Shown: one piece after another, positions 1 to 8,240 of the stretch | How positions within the stretch are numbered: the first letter of the stretch is position 1 | Layout: each line of letters opens with the position of its first letter | Source of the DNA: a virus | Lineage: Duplodnaviria; Caudoviricetes | DNA: 36,408 nucleotides | IMG/VR virus record: IMGVR_UViG_3300020042_011602 | Span: 1-36,408 of that record | Strand: one strand, 5' to 3' | Translations under genes and position numbers: made by a program | Notes under the pieces: model-generated | Told to the model about the DNA's origin: nothing | The model's input: the letters and a program-made list of their open reading frames with translations, nothing else | Database searches by the model: none

Positions 1-559
1 GTTCATCATATCTATATTCTAATTCATGGTTTTCTTTGTCTAAGAATTTACCTAATACTCTTTCATTTTCAAAATCAATAGCATAAACTTTAGCTTCCCA
101 TTTAAAATCAACACCTTTAGACACTAAATAATCGTACCAATTTTTAGCAATTTCAGATAAGTAATCTGTACCTACGTGCCATACAGGAAACAAACGTAAA
201 CCAAAGTATGGTTTAATAAATTCAGGTTCAGATTCAGGGTTTGAACATTGTACTTCTTCTGGTTTAGGATGAAAACGTTTAAAATTGGTAATCACTTGAT
301 CCATCAATTCCATTGCTTTTTCCTCACCTGTGTATTTTGATAGTACACCACCAATTGCTGTATGGTAAGTTAACTTGCCATCACTCCATCCTCCAGCTCC
401 TAGCATACCTGTCATTACCTCCTCAGGTAAGCGGTTATATGGATCTTTACCCATATCAATTATGGTAATAAGTTCTCCAGGATATCCATTGTCTACTAAT
501 TTTGTTGCAGCATTTATACCTGCTACACCTGCTCCTACTATTACTATTTTCTTGTCCAT
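1..559 (-). CDS. FAD/NAD(P)-dependent oxidoreductase (COG2509-like), runs off left edge
   Basis: Missing from the ORF track; translated by hand from ATG at 559: MDKKIVIVGAGVAGINAA... (Rossmann GxGxxG), then GMLGAGGWSDGKL; open to the window edge. Confidence 0.9.
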   Translation of the reverse strand, partial: MDKKIVIVGAGVAGINAATKLVDNGYPGELITIIDMGKDPYNRLPEEVMTGMLGAGGWSDGKLTYHTAIGGVLSKYTGEEKAMELMDQVITNFKRFHPKPEEVQCSNPESEPEFIKPYFGLRLFPVWHVGTDYLSEIAKNWYDYLVSKGVDFKWEAKVYAIDFENERVLGKFLDKENHELEYRYDE

Positions 560-574
560 GTTTTATTTTATGTT

Positions 575-606
575 TAAATATACGAAATAAAAAATGACCT
601 CCCAAA
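575..606 (-). promoter_or_regulatory. Bacteroidota sigma70-type promoter for the oxidoreductase
   Basis: Minus strand TTTG-N20-TATATTTA, close to the Bacteroidota consensus TTTG-N19-21-TAnnTTTG; 15 nt upstream of ATG. Confidence 0.7.
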
Positions 607-614
607 GGAGGCCA
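585..614 (-). terminator. Intrinsic terminator
   Basis: UGGCCUCC-UUUG-GGAGGUCA hairpin followed by UUUUUUAUUU, downstream of 693..1262. Confidence 0.75.
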
Positions 615-692
615 CAGATCTCTAATAATTTTTTTAAGTTGACAGGCTATGAATCTGTCTGTAAGTTATATTAATTTTTATTAATAATTTTT

Positions 693-1262
693 TTAATTAC
701 TATCTCCAAATACTCCTTCTAGTATTGCTCCGAAAATAAAACCACCAATAGCACCCGCAGCCGCTCCTGCTAAAGGAACCCATCCATAGGGGTTTACGAG
801 AGTATCTCCCCAAACATTAACATATTCAGTTACAAACATTCCTAGTTGTTGGGCTAAATATGAAGCTCCAATCATTCCAGCAATTAATCCACCAAAACCA
901 AGACCTAAGGCGGCTGACAAATCAGCCTCCTCATTTAATGAATTTGTTTCGTTTTCTAATTTTTTAGCAAATATAAGACCTAATTTTTTATAAAAATCTT
1001 CTGAATTTTCATTTAAATTAAAAGGATTAATTCCTAATTTTTTTGCTGCATTTAATAGATCTTGCTTTTTCTTTGGGTCATTAGCTATACTTGCGGCTAA
1101 TGCATCAATTTTAGGATCATTTTTAATTTTACTTATTATTTTTGAAGTAGAATCAACTACTTGTTCTGGAGTAATTGTTGATTCTTCATTAAGTTTGTCT
1201 TTATATTGGCCTTCGGTAATAATACCTGCCAACATTTGCATTCTAAAAGTTTCTTTGTTCAT
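693..1262 (-). CDS. RMQxLAGI-leader protein with C-terminal glycine-zipper membrane segments
   Basis: N-term MNKETFRMQMLAGIITE; several LNE sites; C-term GLGFGGLIAGMIG and LAGAAAGAIGGFIFG; late motif at 1278-1286. Confidence 0.85.
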   Translation of the reverse strand: MNKETFRMQMLAGIITEGQYKDKLNEESTITPEQVVDSTSKIISKIKNDPKIDALAASIANDPKKKQDLLNAAKKLGINPFNLNENSEDFYKKLGLIFAKKLENETNSLNEEADLSAALGLGFGGLIAGMIGASYLAQQLGMFVTEYVNVWGDTLVNPYGWVPLAGAAAGAIGGFIFGAILEGVFGDSN

Positions 1263-1277
1263 TTTATTTAGTTTTAT

Positions 1278-1286
1278 TATAAATAT
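1278..1286 (-). promoter_or_regulatory. Putative late promoter ATATTTATA (representative copy)
   Basis: Same motif just upstream of starts at 1991, 3001, 8228, 16573, 23347, 25963, 28968, 31486, 32861; variant at 11692. Confidence 0.7.
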
Positions 1287-1294
1287 ATTATTTT

Positions 1295-1984
1295 TTAATT
1301 AGATTCGTTTTCATAATCAGGTAAAACATTTATACCACTTCTCCAATCATATTCTTCAGGATTTGTTTCTTTTCTTTTTAAGGATGCTTGACGTTCTTTC
1401 TCAGTTTGAGGTTTTGGGTGTTTGCTTCCATCTGAACTATATGTTACAAGGGTTGCAGCTACACAAGCAATTAATGCTGCAGATATTGCAGCTGTAGCAA
1501 AAATAGGATTCGATGCTATGATTGCATAACCCGCAACTCCCATCCAAGTAGATAATCCTCCCGCTATTCCAAATATAGCTAAAGTAGCAAATCCACCTAC
1601 TCCATCGTTTTCTTCTAAATTAAAATTTGATTCTGTTAAATTGTTAGATAATTTTTCTAATTTATCTTCTGCTCCAGGGGATGCAAGAATTTTATTAGTA
1701 ATATCTGTTAAATCAATTTCTTCAGTTAAAAATTCATTTAGTTGGGATGACAAATCTCCTGTTGGAATTAAACTTTTTGCAGTATCTATTACTTTTTGTT
1801 TTTCTTCATCTGATAAATTACTAGCAAGTTTTTCTGCTTTTTTTATAATATTTGGATCTTTTATTTTCTTTTGAAGAACAGATAAAAATTCTTTTTGAGC
1901 TAAAATATCATTTTCTTGATTTTCAGTTAAAATACCTGCTAATTTTTGCATTCTAAAAAACTGTTCACTTAAAATTTGTTTCAT
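1295..1984 (-). CDS. RMQxLAGI-leader protein with hydrophobic Gly/Ala-rich hairpin
   Basis: N-term MKQILSEQFFRMQKLAGILTE; LNE/LTE/LEE sites precede GVGGFATLAIFGIAGG...AAISAALIACVAA. Confidence 0.85.
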   Translation of the reverse strand: MKQILSEQFFRMQKLAGILTENQENDILAQKEFLSVLQKKIKDPNIIKKAEKLASNLSDEEKQKVIDTAKSLIPTGDLSSQLNEFLTEEIDLTDITNKILASPGAEDKLEKLSNNLTESNFNLEENDGVGGFATLAIFGIAGGLSTWMGVAGYAIIASNPIFATAAISAALIACVAATLVTYSSDGSKHPKPQTEKERQASLKRKETNPEEYDWRSGINVLPDYENESN

Positions 1985-2046
1985 TTTTATTATAAATATA
2001 TTATTTTGTTTTAAGCCGCTGCTATTTTTTGTATTTGTAAAAATTT

Positions 2047-2976
2047 TTAAGTATTATAATAATCATCAGCATCAAAAGGAGTATTTATAGGTTGTTTACC
2101 TGTTCCACTATAACCAGGCATAGGATAAGATAATAAACTTGAAATATAACTTGGTAAAGGGCACTTATTCCAAGCTTCATTAAAGCTATCTAATTCTCCA
2201 GCTTTAGCTAGTGTTTCTTCAGTTTCAATTTCCTTTTCTAATTCTTTAACTTGGTCTAATTTTGTAATAGTACTGTAAGTACTAAAGAAACTTTTAAATC
2301 CTAAATTAAGTAAAATTGTTTTAAAAGGGGCAAAGGTTATAGCTAAAGGCAAACCAGCTTTTATTGCAGATCCTGTTGTAAATAATAAGGGGGCAGCAAC
2401 TATTAAAATTTTAATAATAAAAGCTGCTACAAGAGTAATTAAAATCCATTTATAAGCTTTTTTAGCGGCTAGTAACATACAATTCTCTTGTTCTTCTGTT
2501 GGAGAAAAAGTTCGATAACGCACCATAGCAAAAAGTTTAGCTAATCCTTTTTCTGAAATAGTATTATATAGCCATTTAAAAAATTTACTAAGAGCTTCTG
2601 TTATATATTTAGCTCCTTTTAAAATAGTTTCTCCTCCGGGGATATAATTTATTATAGCATTTTTAAATTTTTCTACAAATTTAGTTATAAAATTTTTTAC
2701 CCATTCTACTACATTTTTTCCTAGTTTAGTACTAGTAATAAAATCTTTTATATTACCTATAACACTTAATATACTTGCTAATATACCTTCAGCTTCTAAA
2801 ATATTACTTTTATTTTCATTTAAAAAACCTTTTTTAACCTCATTATAAAATTTAAGGTTTAATTTTATTTTTTCTTTAATATCTTGATTAGATTTAACTT
2901 CAGATAAAGTAATACCTTGGTAAGATTCTATTACCATACGTAATACTGATTTTTGTTCTGTTCTAGTAAGTATCAT
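2047..2976 (-). CDS. Hypothetical membrane protein
   Basis: 309-aa ORF; hydrophobic WILITLVAAFIIKILIVAAPLLF; LSE/LNE/ILE motifs in N-terminus; late motif at 3001. Confidence 0.8.
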   Translation of the reverse strand: MILTRTEQKSVLRMVIESYQGITLSEVKSNQDIKEKIKLNLKFYNEVKKGFLNENKSNILEAEGILASILSVIGNIKDFITSTKLGKNVVEWVKNFITKFVEKFKNAIINYIPGGETILKGAKYITEALSKFFKWLYNTISEKGLAKLFAMVRYRTFSPTEEQENCMLLAAKKAYKWILITLVAAFIIKILIVAAPLLFTTGSAIKAGLPLAITFAPFKTILLNLGFKSFFSTYSTITKLDQVKELEKEIETEETLAKAGELDSFNEAWNKCPLPSYISSLLSYPMPGYSGTGKQPINTPFDADDYYNT

Positions 2977-3037
2977 TTAAGTAAAATGTATAATTTTTAT
3001 TATAAATATGTTAAATATTAGATAATTTAATTAAAAA

Positions 3038-3310
3038 TTATGCTTTTACTATTTTTTTTATTTTCTTTTGACGATCTTCTAATTTATAGTTTTTATTAGT
3101 TTTAGATAATAAACTTCTCCAAAAATTTTCTGTATCGCGGGGAGTAGTGTCCTCTTTTACTTTAACTGTAATGGTTTTAGGTTCTCCAATCATTGGTTCA
3201 TATGTTATTTCATATTCTCCAGCTTTAATATCTTTATTGTTTCTTACATTTTCACTTAAAGTACGATTAAGTTCTTCTTTAACTAATTGTTTTAAATTAT
3301 CTAATTTCAT
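3038..3310 (-). CDS. Hypothetical protein with LKQLVKEEL...LSE leader
   Basis: 90-aa ORF; ATGA overlap with upstream gene. Confidence 0.8.
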   Translation of the reverse strand: MKLDNLKQLVKEELNRTLSENVRNNKDIKAGEYEITYEPMIGEPKTITVKVKEDTTPRDTENFWRSLLSKTNKNYKLEDRQKKIKKIVKA

Positions 3311-3570
3311 GATTTATGTATTTTTAACTTTAAAGTTCCTGTTCCTTTTATTACACGATGCCACTCGTGTTTTGGTATAAATATACGATCTTTTAGTGAG
3401 GTAGGCAAGCAATTTTCTAATTGGAGTTGCCAATTAGTATCTTCTAAAATTTCAATAGTGCGAGATTCATCATCACGATGCCACATAAGTTCAATTGGGT
3501 CTATATTTTCGTTAAATTCACGAATAATATATTTGTCTGTAACTTCTATATCGTTATACGGTTTTGTCAT
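3307..3570 (-). CDS. Small cupin (RmlC-like) protein
   Basis: WHRDxExR and IFIPKHEWHRVIKG cupin motifs; start reassigned to MTKPY (3570) to avoid a long overlap. Confidence 0.75.
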   Translation of the reverse strand: MTKPYNDIEVTDKYIIREFNENIDPIELMWHRDDESRTIEILEDTNWQLQLENCLPTSLKDRIFIPKHEWHRVIKGTGTLKLKIHKS

Positions 3571-3979
3571 CTGTAATAGGACCACCAACAACCCAAGCAT
3601 CACAAGTTCGAGCAGCAGCACATTTAAATTTAAGCATTCTACAATATCCTAATTTTCCAGCTTTAATAACATCAAATGGATCTTCTGATCCTCCATCTGT
3701 GCCAATTCCTTTAGCTATGCAATCTAATGTTTTTGTTGTAACATCAAATGCCGCACAATTACCACAACGTGAAGTTTTAGCTTCTTCTACAGAATCTAGT
3801 TGCCACATGTCTGCTTTGGCTTGCCAAAATTTATCATTTGGCTCATTTGGATTTAAAGGTCCATATCCATATTCATTAATTGCTTTTTGTCTATTTTGCA
3901 AATTCAACTCTATATTTTGAGTTGGAATAGGACATTTATTTAATTCAGCTTCGCTTAATATCTTTATTAATTTAATCAT
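3554..3979 (-). CDS. Cys-rich protein with HiPIP-like Cys spacing
   Basis: CGNC...GYC-x12-CDAW; start reassigned to MIKLIKILSE (3979, ATGA overlap). Confidence 0.75.
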   Translation of the reverse strand: MIKLIKILSEAELNKCPIPTQNIELNLQNRQKAINEYGYGPLNPNEPNDKFWQAKADMWQLDSVEEAKTSRCGNCAAFDVTTKTLDCIAKGIGTDGGSEDPFDVIKAGKLGYCRMLKFKCAAARTCDAWVVGGPITDDKTV

Positions 3980-4386
3980 TTTGTTTTTCCCCAAGTAATA
4001 CCTTTACCAGGTGTTTTACATTGAGCTGCTGTAGGGCGACATGAAGGATATTTTGAACGTTCTTCTCCTTTTTCTCTACCACAAGATTTATATCCTGTTA
4101 TTTCACCATCTTTTCTAATTGGTGAATTACAATCTACCCATCCACCTTTTTTACCAGGTGCACCCTTGCGAGAAAACCAAGTACGGAGGGTTTCTTTAAC
4201 TTTTTCTTGGATTACTTCTTCTTTTAAACCTTTCCAAATACCTCCTTTACGGCATCTAACTACAGCGCCTGATTTATAAGCGGAAGGTTTATCAAATTTA
4301 CGATCAGCAATGCGTAAGCATCTGTCACGTTTTTCCTTTTCTTCAGAAAGGACTTCATTAATAATTTTTTCTAATCTATTCATCAC
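3976..4386 (-). CDS. Basic Cys-containing protein (DUF5872-like)
   Basis: SAYKSG, LRTWF, WVD, CGR, YPSCRP motifs recalled from large-phage/NCLDV proteins; leader LEKIINEVLSE. Confidence 0.7.
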   Translation of the reverse strand: MMNRLEKIINEVLSEEKEKRDRCLRIADRKFDKPSAYKSGAVVRCRKGGIWKGLKEEVIQEKVKETLRTWFSRKGAPGKKGGWVDCNSPIRKDGEITGYKSCGREKGEERSKYPSCRPTAAQCKTPGKGITWGKTK

Positions 4387-5060
4387 CAGAATCCTGAAAA
4401 AGATGATTTTAATCCAAGTAATTTTGCGTATCTTGGAAGTCTACAACTCCAGTATGAAGCTTTTGTTTTATCTGTTTTATTTTTGCAATCGTGACGTGCA
4501 GCAAATGCTTTTCTAGCTTTTGGGTTATTTATTTTAGCTGATAGGCCTGTTGTATCTCCAAAACTAATTTTTTTAATTTTTTTAGTTTGAGGATTTTTTA
4601 CGTAAACATAGAATTTTTTAGATCCTCCACGTTTTGGTTTTCCAATTGGGGGATTTTTCTTTTTATCTTCTGCTTCTTCAAGTTCCTCGTTTTCAAGTAA
4701 AAGTAAATCTAAAGGCACTTTTTGATTTTCATATAAACCAAAGTTACCTAAGTCAGTTTCCTCTAAAATTTCTTTATCATCTTCGTTTACATGAATAATT
4801 TCACGTAAATATAGTGAACGAGCTTCTGCCCATAAATTAAGAAATGATTGCGAACCATATCGGAACGTGTTTTCGGTAAGTGGGAGTTGTTTATCCACGT
4901 GATATCGCAGATTCTCCGACAATATCTCTTTTTTAACTAAACTTTCGTTTAATACAACACCTTCATTGCTTGAGCCATCACAACCACCACAACCACAATC
5001 ACATTTTTCTTTAGGGGGTGTTGTTAATACTTCTTTAATAAGAGATCTTAAGCGTTCCAT
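4383..5060 (-). CDS. Hypothetical protein with basic C-terminal domain conserved in large phages
   Basis: Start reassigned to MERLRSLIKEVL (5060); CDCGCGGC; C-term KKFYVYVK...ISFGD...ARKAFAARHDC...ASYWSC. Confidence 0.8.
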   Translation of the reverse strand: MERLRSLIKEVLTTPPKEKCDCGCGGCDGSSNEGVVLNESLVKKEILSENLRYHVDKQLPLTENTFRYGSQSFLNLWAEARSLYLREIIHVNEDDKEILEETDLGNFGLYENQKVPLDLLLLENEELEEAEDKKKNPPIGKPKRGGSKKFYVYVKNPQTKKIKKISFGDTTGLSAKINNPKARKAFAARHDCKNKTDKTKASYWSCRLPRYAKLLGLKSSFSGFW

Positions 5061-5064
5061 ATCA

Positions 5065-6219
5065 TTAAATATCAAATTTCTTTTTCCAAATAGGGTTAAT
5101 AACCCATTCTTCTCCTTCTTTAATAAAACAAGCTGAATTTCCGCCTGCCCCATATCCTCGGATATGTAATCCCATATCTTCTTTCAAATCAGATATTGGT
5201 TTTAAAAGTTTTATTAAATCTGCTATAGTTTCAGGTACATTTCCTTTAAAGTAACAATTTGCGGTTGCTGGGGAATCTTCTCCGAATTTTTTTGCTCCAG
5301 AAAGTGCTTCTTGTTCTTGTGGATAGTCTAATTTAGCTGAATTGTATGGTTTTGTTTTCACAAACCAGTGCATATATGGGCTTTTTACACCAATTTGTCC
5401 TTTGTTTAGTTTATTAGCTACATCTACAATAATAGATTTAGCATCGCTATCGCCTAATATTTGTTCAAATCTATCAGGTTTCATCCAGTTTTCAACAAAC
5501 GTAGCGTTAGCAGCTTTTAAACTAATTTTTAAATCTTTTCCAAAAGGTGCAATAGGTTTATCTAATTGAACAAACACATCTGTTTTAGGATTACCCGGAC
5601 CTTTATAAGGTGGAGAACCTACTTTTAGTATTTTATATGTTTTTCCATCATATTCAAAATCATAATCCGGTCCAGAACCATTTACAAATAATTGTGTAAT
5701 TTCTTCTTCTTGACCATGTCCTGCTTTGAATGGGATGAAAACATCTTCTCGGTTTTTAGAACTTAAATCAACTTGTACAAATCCAACTTGTTTTCCTGTT
5801 GGTTTAAGTATGTCTTTAAGTTTAATGTAATATTCTTTACCTTGATATTCTATTTTAGTAACATACGAACCTGTAATTTTAATTAGATCGTTTTCGTTTC
5901 TATCTAAAATTTTAAAATTTTCACCTTTTTGAATTTGTGAGGATGGTTCTTTTGAATCAATATCAAATAAAGAGGCATCATTATCTGCTTCAAATTCATA
6001 TTCAGGTGCTTTGGGATTTAATTCTACATATTTGTAAAATGCTCCTGTTGGTTTGGCATAATTTGTAGTTCCACCAGCTAAATTGGCTTCTCTCATGTCA
6101 ATACCTAATTTCTTTAACTCATTTTCTAAAATTAAAATATCCTGTTCATTTTTCATGTCAGGATATCCTTTTGGGAATTTATAAGCTATATTTCGAATAA
6201 ATTTTTCTAAAATATCCAT
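5065..6219 (-). CDS. Putative PD-(D/E)XK restriction-like endonuclease with N-terminal leader and SH3-like region
   Basis: GHGQEEEI...NPKTDVFV...KISLKA catalytic-like pattern; 384 aa. Confidence 0.6.
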   Translation of the reverse strand: MDILEKFIRNIAYKFPKGYPDMKNEQDILILENELKKLGIDMREANLAGGTTNYAKPTGAFYKYVELNPKAPEYEFEADNDASLFDIDSKEPSSQIQKGENFKILDRNENDLIKITGSYVTKIEYQGKEYYIKLKDILKPTGKQVGFVQVDLSSKNREDVFIPFKAGHGQEEEITQLFVNGSGPDYDFEYDGKTYKILKVGSPPYKGPGNPKTDVFVQLDKPIAPFGKDLKISLKAANATFVENWMKPDRFEQILGDSDAKSIIVDVANKLNKGQIGVKSPYMHWFVKTKPYNSAKLDYPQEQEALSGAKKFGEDSPATANCYFKGNVPETIADLIKLLKPISDLKEDMGLHIRGYGAGGNSACFIKEGEEWVINPIWKKKFDI

Positions 6220-6677
6220 TATGCAGGTGTTTCTTCAGGTGTTTCTACTGGTGGTATTTCTTCAGTTGTTGTGTCAACACTTTCAATTCCTGCTCCAGTA
6301 CCATCTACATCGGTTTTAGCACCATATCTTAATAAATTAGCAATAGCTTCAGATGCTCTTTCTTCTTCAGGGAGATTAAGTAAATAATATTTTTTACCTG
6401 CTACTTGAGCAATCCAACTTCTTTTACCATATATTAAGTAAAAATTTTGATCATTTTCTAAATTAATACGAAATGTAGTAGGACGAGGAGCAACCCAATC
6501 AATTGATGATAAAAAATTATCATATTCTGGGGTGAGTAGATCAACTATAACCTTTTTAAGTTCAGGAAATTTAGTCAACTCATCATACTCAATTGCTTCT
6601 TCTGGGGTTACAGTAGTAGCTGAGTAGACTTGTTTAGCTAAGTCTTGGATCCGTCTTTTAAGTTGATCTTTGGTCAT
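6219..6677 (-). CDS. Hypothetical protein
   Basis: 152-aa ORF, TAATG-coupled on both sides; acidic tail. Confidence 0.85.
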   Translation of the reverse strand: MTKDQLKRRIQDLAKQVYSATTVTPEEAIEYDELTKFPELKKVIVDLLTPEYDNFLSSIDWVAPRPTTFRINLENDQNFYLIYGKRSWIAQVAGKKYYLLNLPEEERASEAIANLLRYGAKTDVDGTGAGIESVDTTTEEIPPVETPEETPA

Positions 6678-7447
6678 TATTTTTGTTTAAGTTTAGCTAA
6701 AATAGCTTCTTTAATTTTTTTCTTCATTGCTGTTGATGTAGCAATTTTACCTGCTTTTTCATCAGACATGCCTTTATCTTTTAAAGTATCGTAAATTTCT
6801 CCACGTTTTTTGATTTGATTTTTTGACATTTCATCAATAGCTCCTTCTTCAGAAGCAACATCAACCATAGCATCTAATTGAGGTTCTTTTGTCTCAAAAT
6901 CAAGGTAATGTTTAGCTGAAACTAGCATGTCTTTAGCTTTAATGATTTTTGATTGCCACCAATGTGGAAAATCAACTTCACCTTGACCTTCAAATTTATC
7001 AACCATTTTATAAAGCTCCATAGCATATTTTCCAATACGGTATAGATCTGCTTTAAGCATATGGGGTTCATTATCTTCGTGACCTAAATCAAGATCTTCA
7101 TCTATTTCAACTCCACGGGCTTTTAAAATATCAGCTTTAGTTACTTTACCATCTCCAGTTAAGTCAGGGAATGATTTTTTCTTTTCGTCTAATGGTTTTG
7201 ATAAAGCAGCCTTTACCATTTCTTTCAATTTAACGTCTTCCATAGGTTCTTCTATTGTTGGTTCTTCAGTTTTATTAGCCTGCTTATTTCTTATTTGCTT
7301 GACGGCGATACTATATGCATATTGTTCGCCGTCTGAGCTTTTTGAATTGTAAAGTTTGTCTAAACGACTATTAATGATCGTTTTAAAGTTCTTATAAATC
7401 TCTTGAGATTCTTCTGAAGTAAAAGGTTCATTAATAGGTTTTTCCAT
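6677..7447 (-). CDS. Mosaic hypothetical protein with EF-hand/dockerin-like loop
   Basis: DLTGDGKVTKADIL Ca-binding-like loop; modules separated by LDE/IDE. Confidence 0.8.
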   Translation of the reverse strand: MEKPINEPFTSEESQEIYKNFKTIINSRLDKLYNSKSSDGEQYAYSIAVKQIRNKQANKTEEPTIEEPMEDVKLKEMVKAALSKPLDEKKKSFPDLTGDGKVTKADILKARGVEIDEDLDLGHEDNEPHMLKADLYRIGKYAMELYKMVDKFEGQGEVDFPHWWQSKIIKAKDMLVSAKHYLDFETKEPQLDAMVDVASEEGAIDEMSKNQIKKRGEIYDTLKDKGMSDEKAGKIATSTAMKKKIKEAILAKLKQK

Positions 7448-7451
7448 TTTG

Positions 7452-7625
7452 TTAAGCTGCTTTGTCTTCTGCAGTTGAAGTTTTCTTAAACTCAGCTGCT
7501 AATTTTTTAATTGAGTTAGCTGCGCTACGTGCACGTCCACGAGCTGCTTTAGATGTTTTACCATGTTCAGCCTCTAATGTAGCTAATTCTTCTTTAATTG
7601 CGTTTAAAATTTCTGTTGTGTTCAT
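7452..7625 (-). CDS. Histone H1-like (Hc1-type) small DNA-binding protein
   Basis: Missing from the ORF track: MNTTEILNAIKEELATLEAEHGKTSKAARGRARSAANSIKKLAAEFKKTSTAEDKAA (57 aa); resembles the Bacteroidota Hc1 motif KAAGxRARK. Confidence 0.75.
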   Translation of the reverse strand: MNTTEILNAIKEELATLEAEHGKTSKAARGRARSAANSIKKLAAEFKKTSTAEDKAA

Positions 7626-7652
7626 AGATTTGATTTATTATAGATTTGATTA

Positions 7653-8222
7653 TTACTCACCTCCACCGATATATTCGCTAACGAAAAATTTCAGTGTATT
7701 TCCTACTTGTGTTTCAAGTTTTTCATTATTCATTCCTTTTGCAATCTGGAATGCTTTCATTAAGTTGTCCATAAGATCAGCTTCAGTACCTTTCATATCA
7801 GCAGATATATCTGCTAAACTACCATCTAAACCTCCATCTTCAGGAGCATCTTCAGCCGGCATTTCGTCTTCTGCAGGTACATCTTCAATTTCAGTATCAG
7901 TTACTTCAACATCTTCAATGTCTGCTTCTTTGTCTTTTTTAGCTTCTTCTAGTTCTTCATCTTCTTCAGCTAAAAAACTATAATCAGAATTATCAGCTGA
8001 TTTATTGATATCCAAGTCTAATTCAGCAACAATCATTTCTTTGATTTTTGCTTTCATTTCTTCGTTTTTACCTGCTTTTTTTCCTTTTTCGTATTCGTAT
8101 TTGTCTACGTCAGCTCTTTCTTCACGAGATTCATTCTCGTTAACTGCTTTAAGGGAAGGATTTAAATTCTCAAGAGCTTTACTTTCTTTTAAGAATTTTT
8201 TTAAGTCAAAATTATCTGCCAT
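7653..8222 (-). CDS. Highly acidic protein, scaffold/core-like
   Basis: MADNFDLKKFLKE leader, long D/E-rich tract, late motif at 8228. Confidence 0.8.
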   Translation of the reverse strand: MADNFDLKKFLKESKALENLNPSLKAVNENESREERADVDKYEYEKGKKAGKNEEMKAKIKEMIVAELDLDINKSADNSDYSFLAEEDEELEEAKKDKEADIEDVEVTDTEIEDVPAEDEMPAEDAPEDGGLDGSLADISADMKGTEADLMDNLMKAFQIAKGMNNEKLETQVGNTLKFFVSEYIGGGE

Positions 8223-8240
8223 TTTATTATAAATATTAAG

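Noticed and set aside
3307-5153. Track start sites at 3621, 3994 and 5153
   Set aside because: They create long overlaps; downstream ATGs (3570, 3979, 5060) give coupled starts or proper leaders
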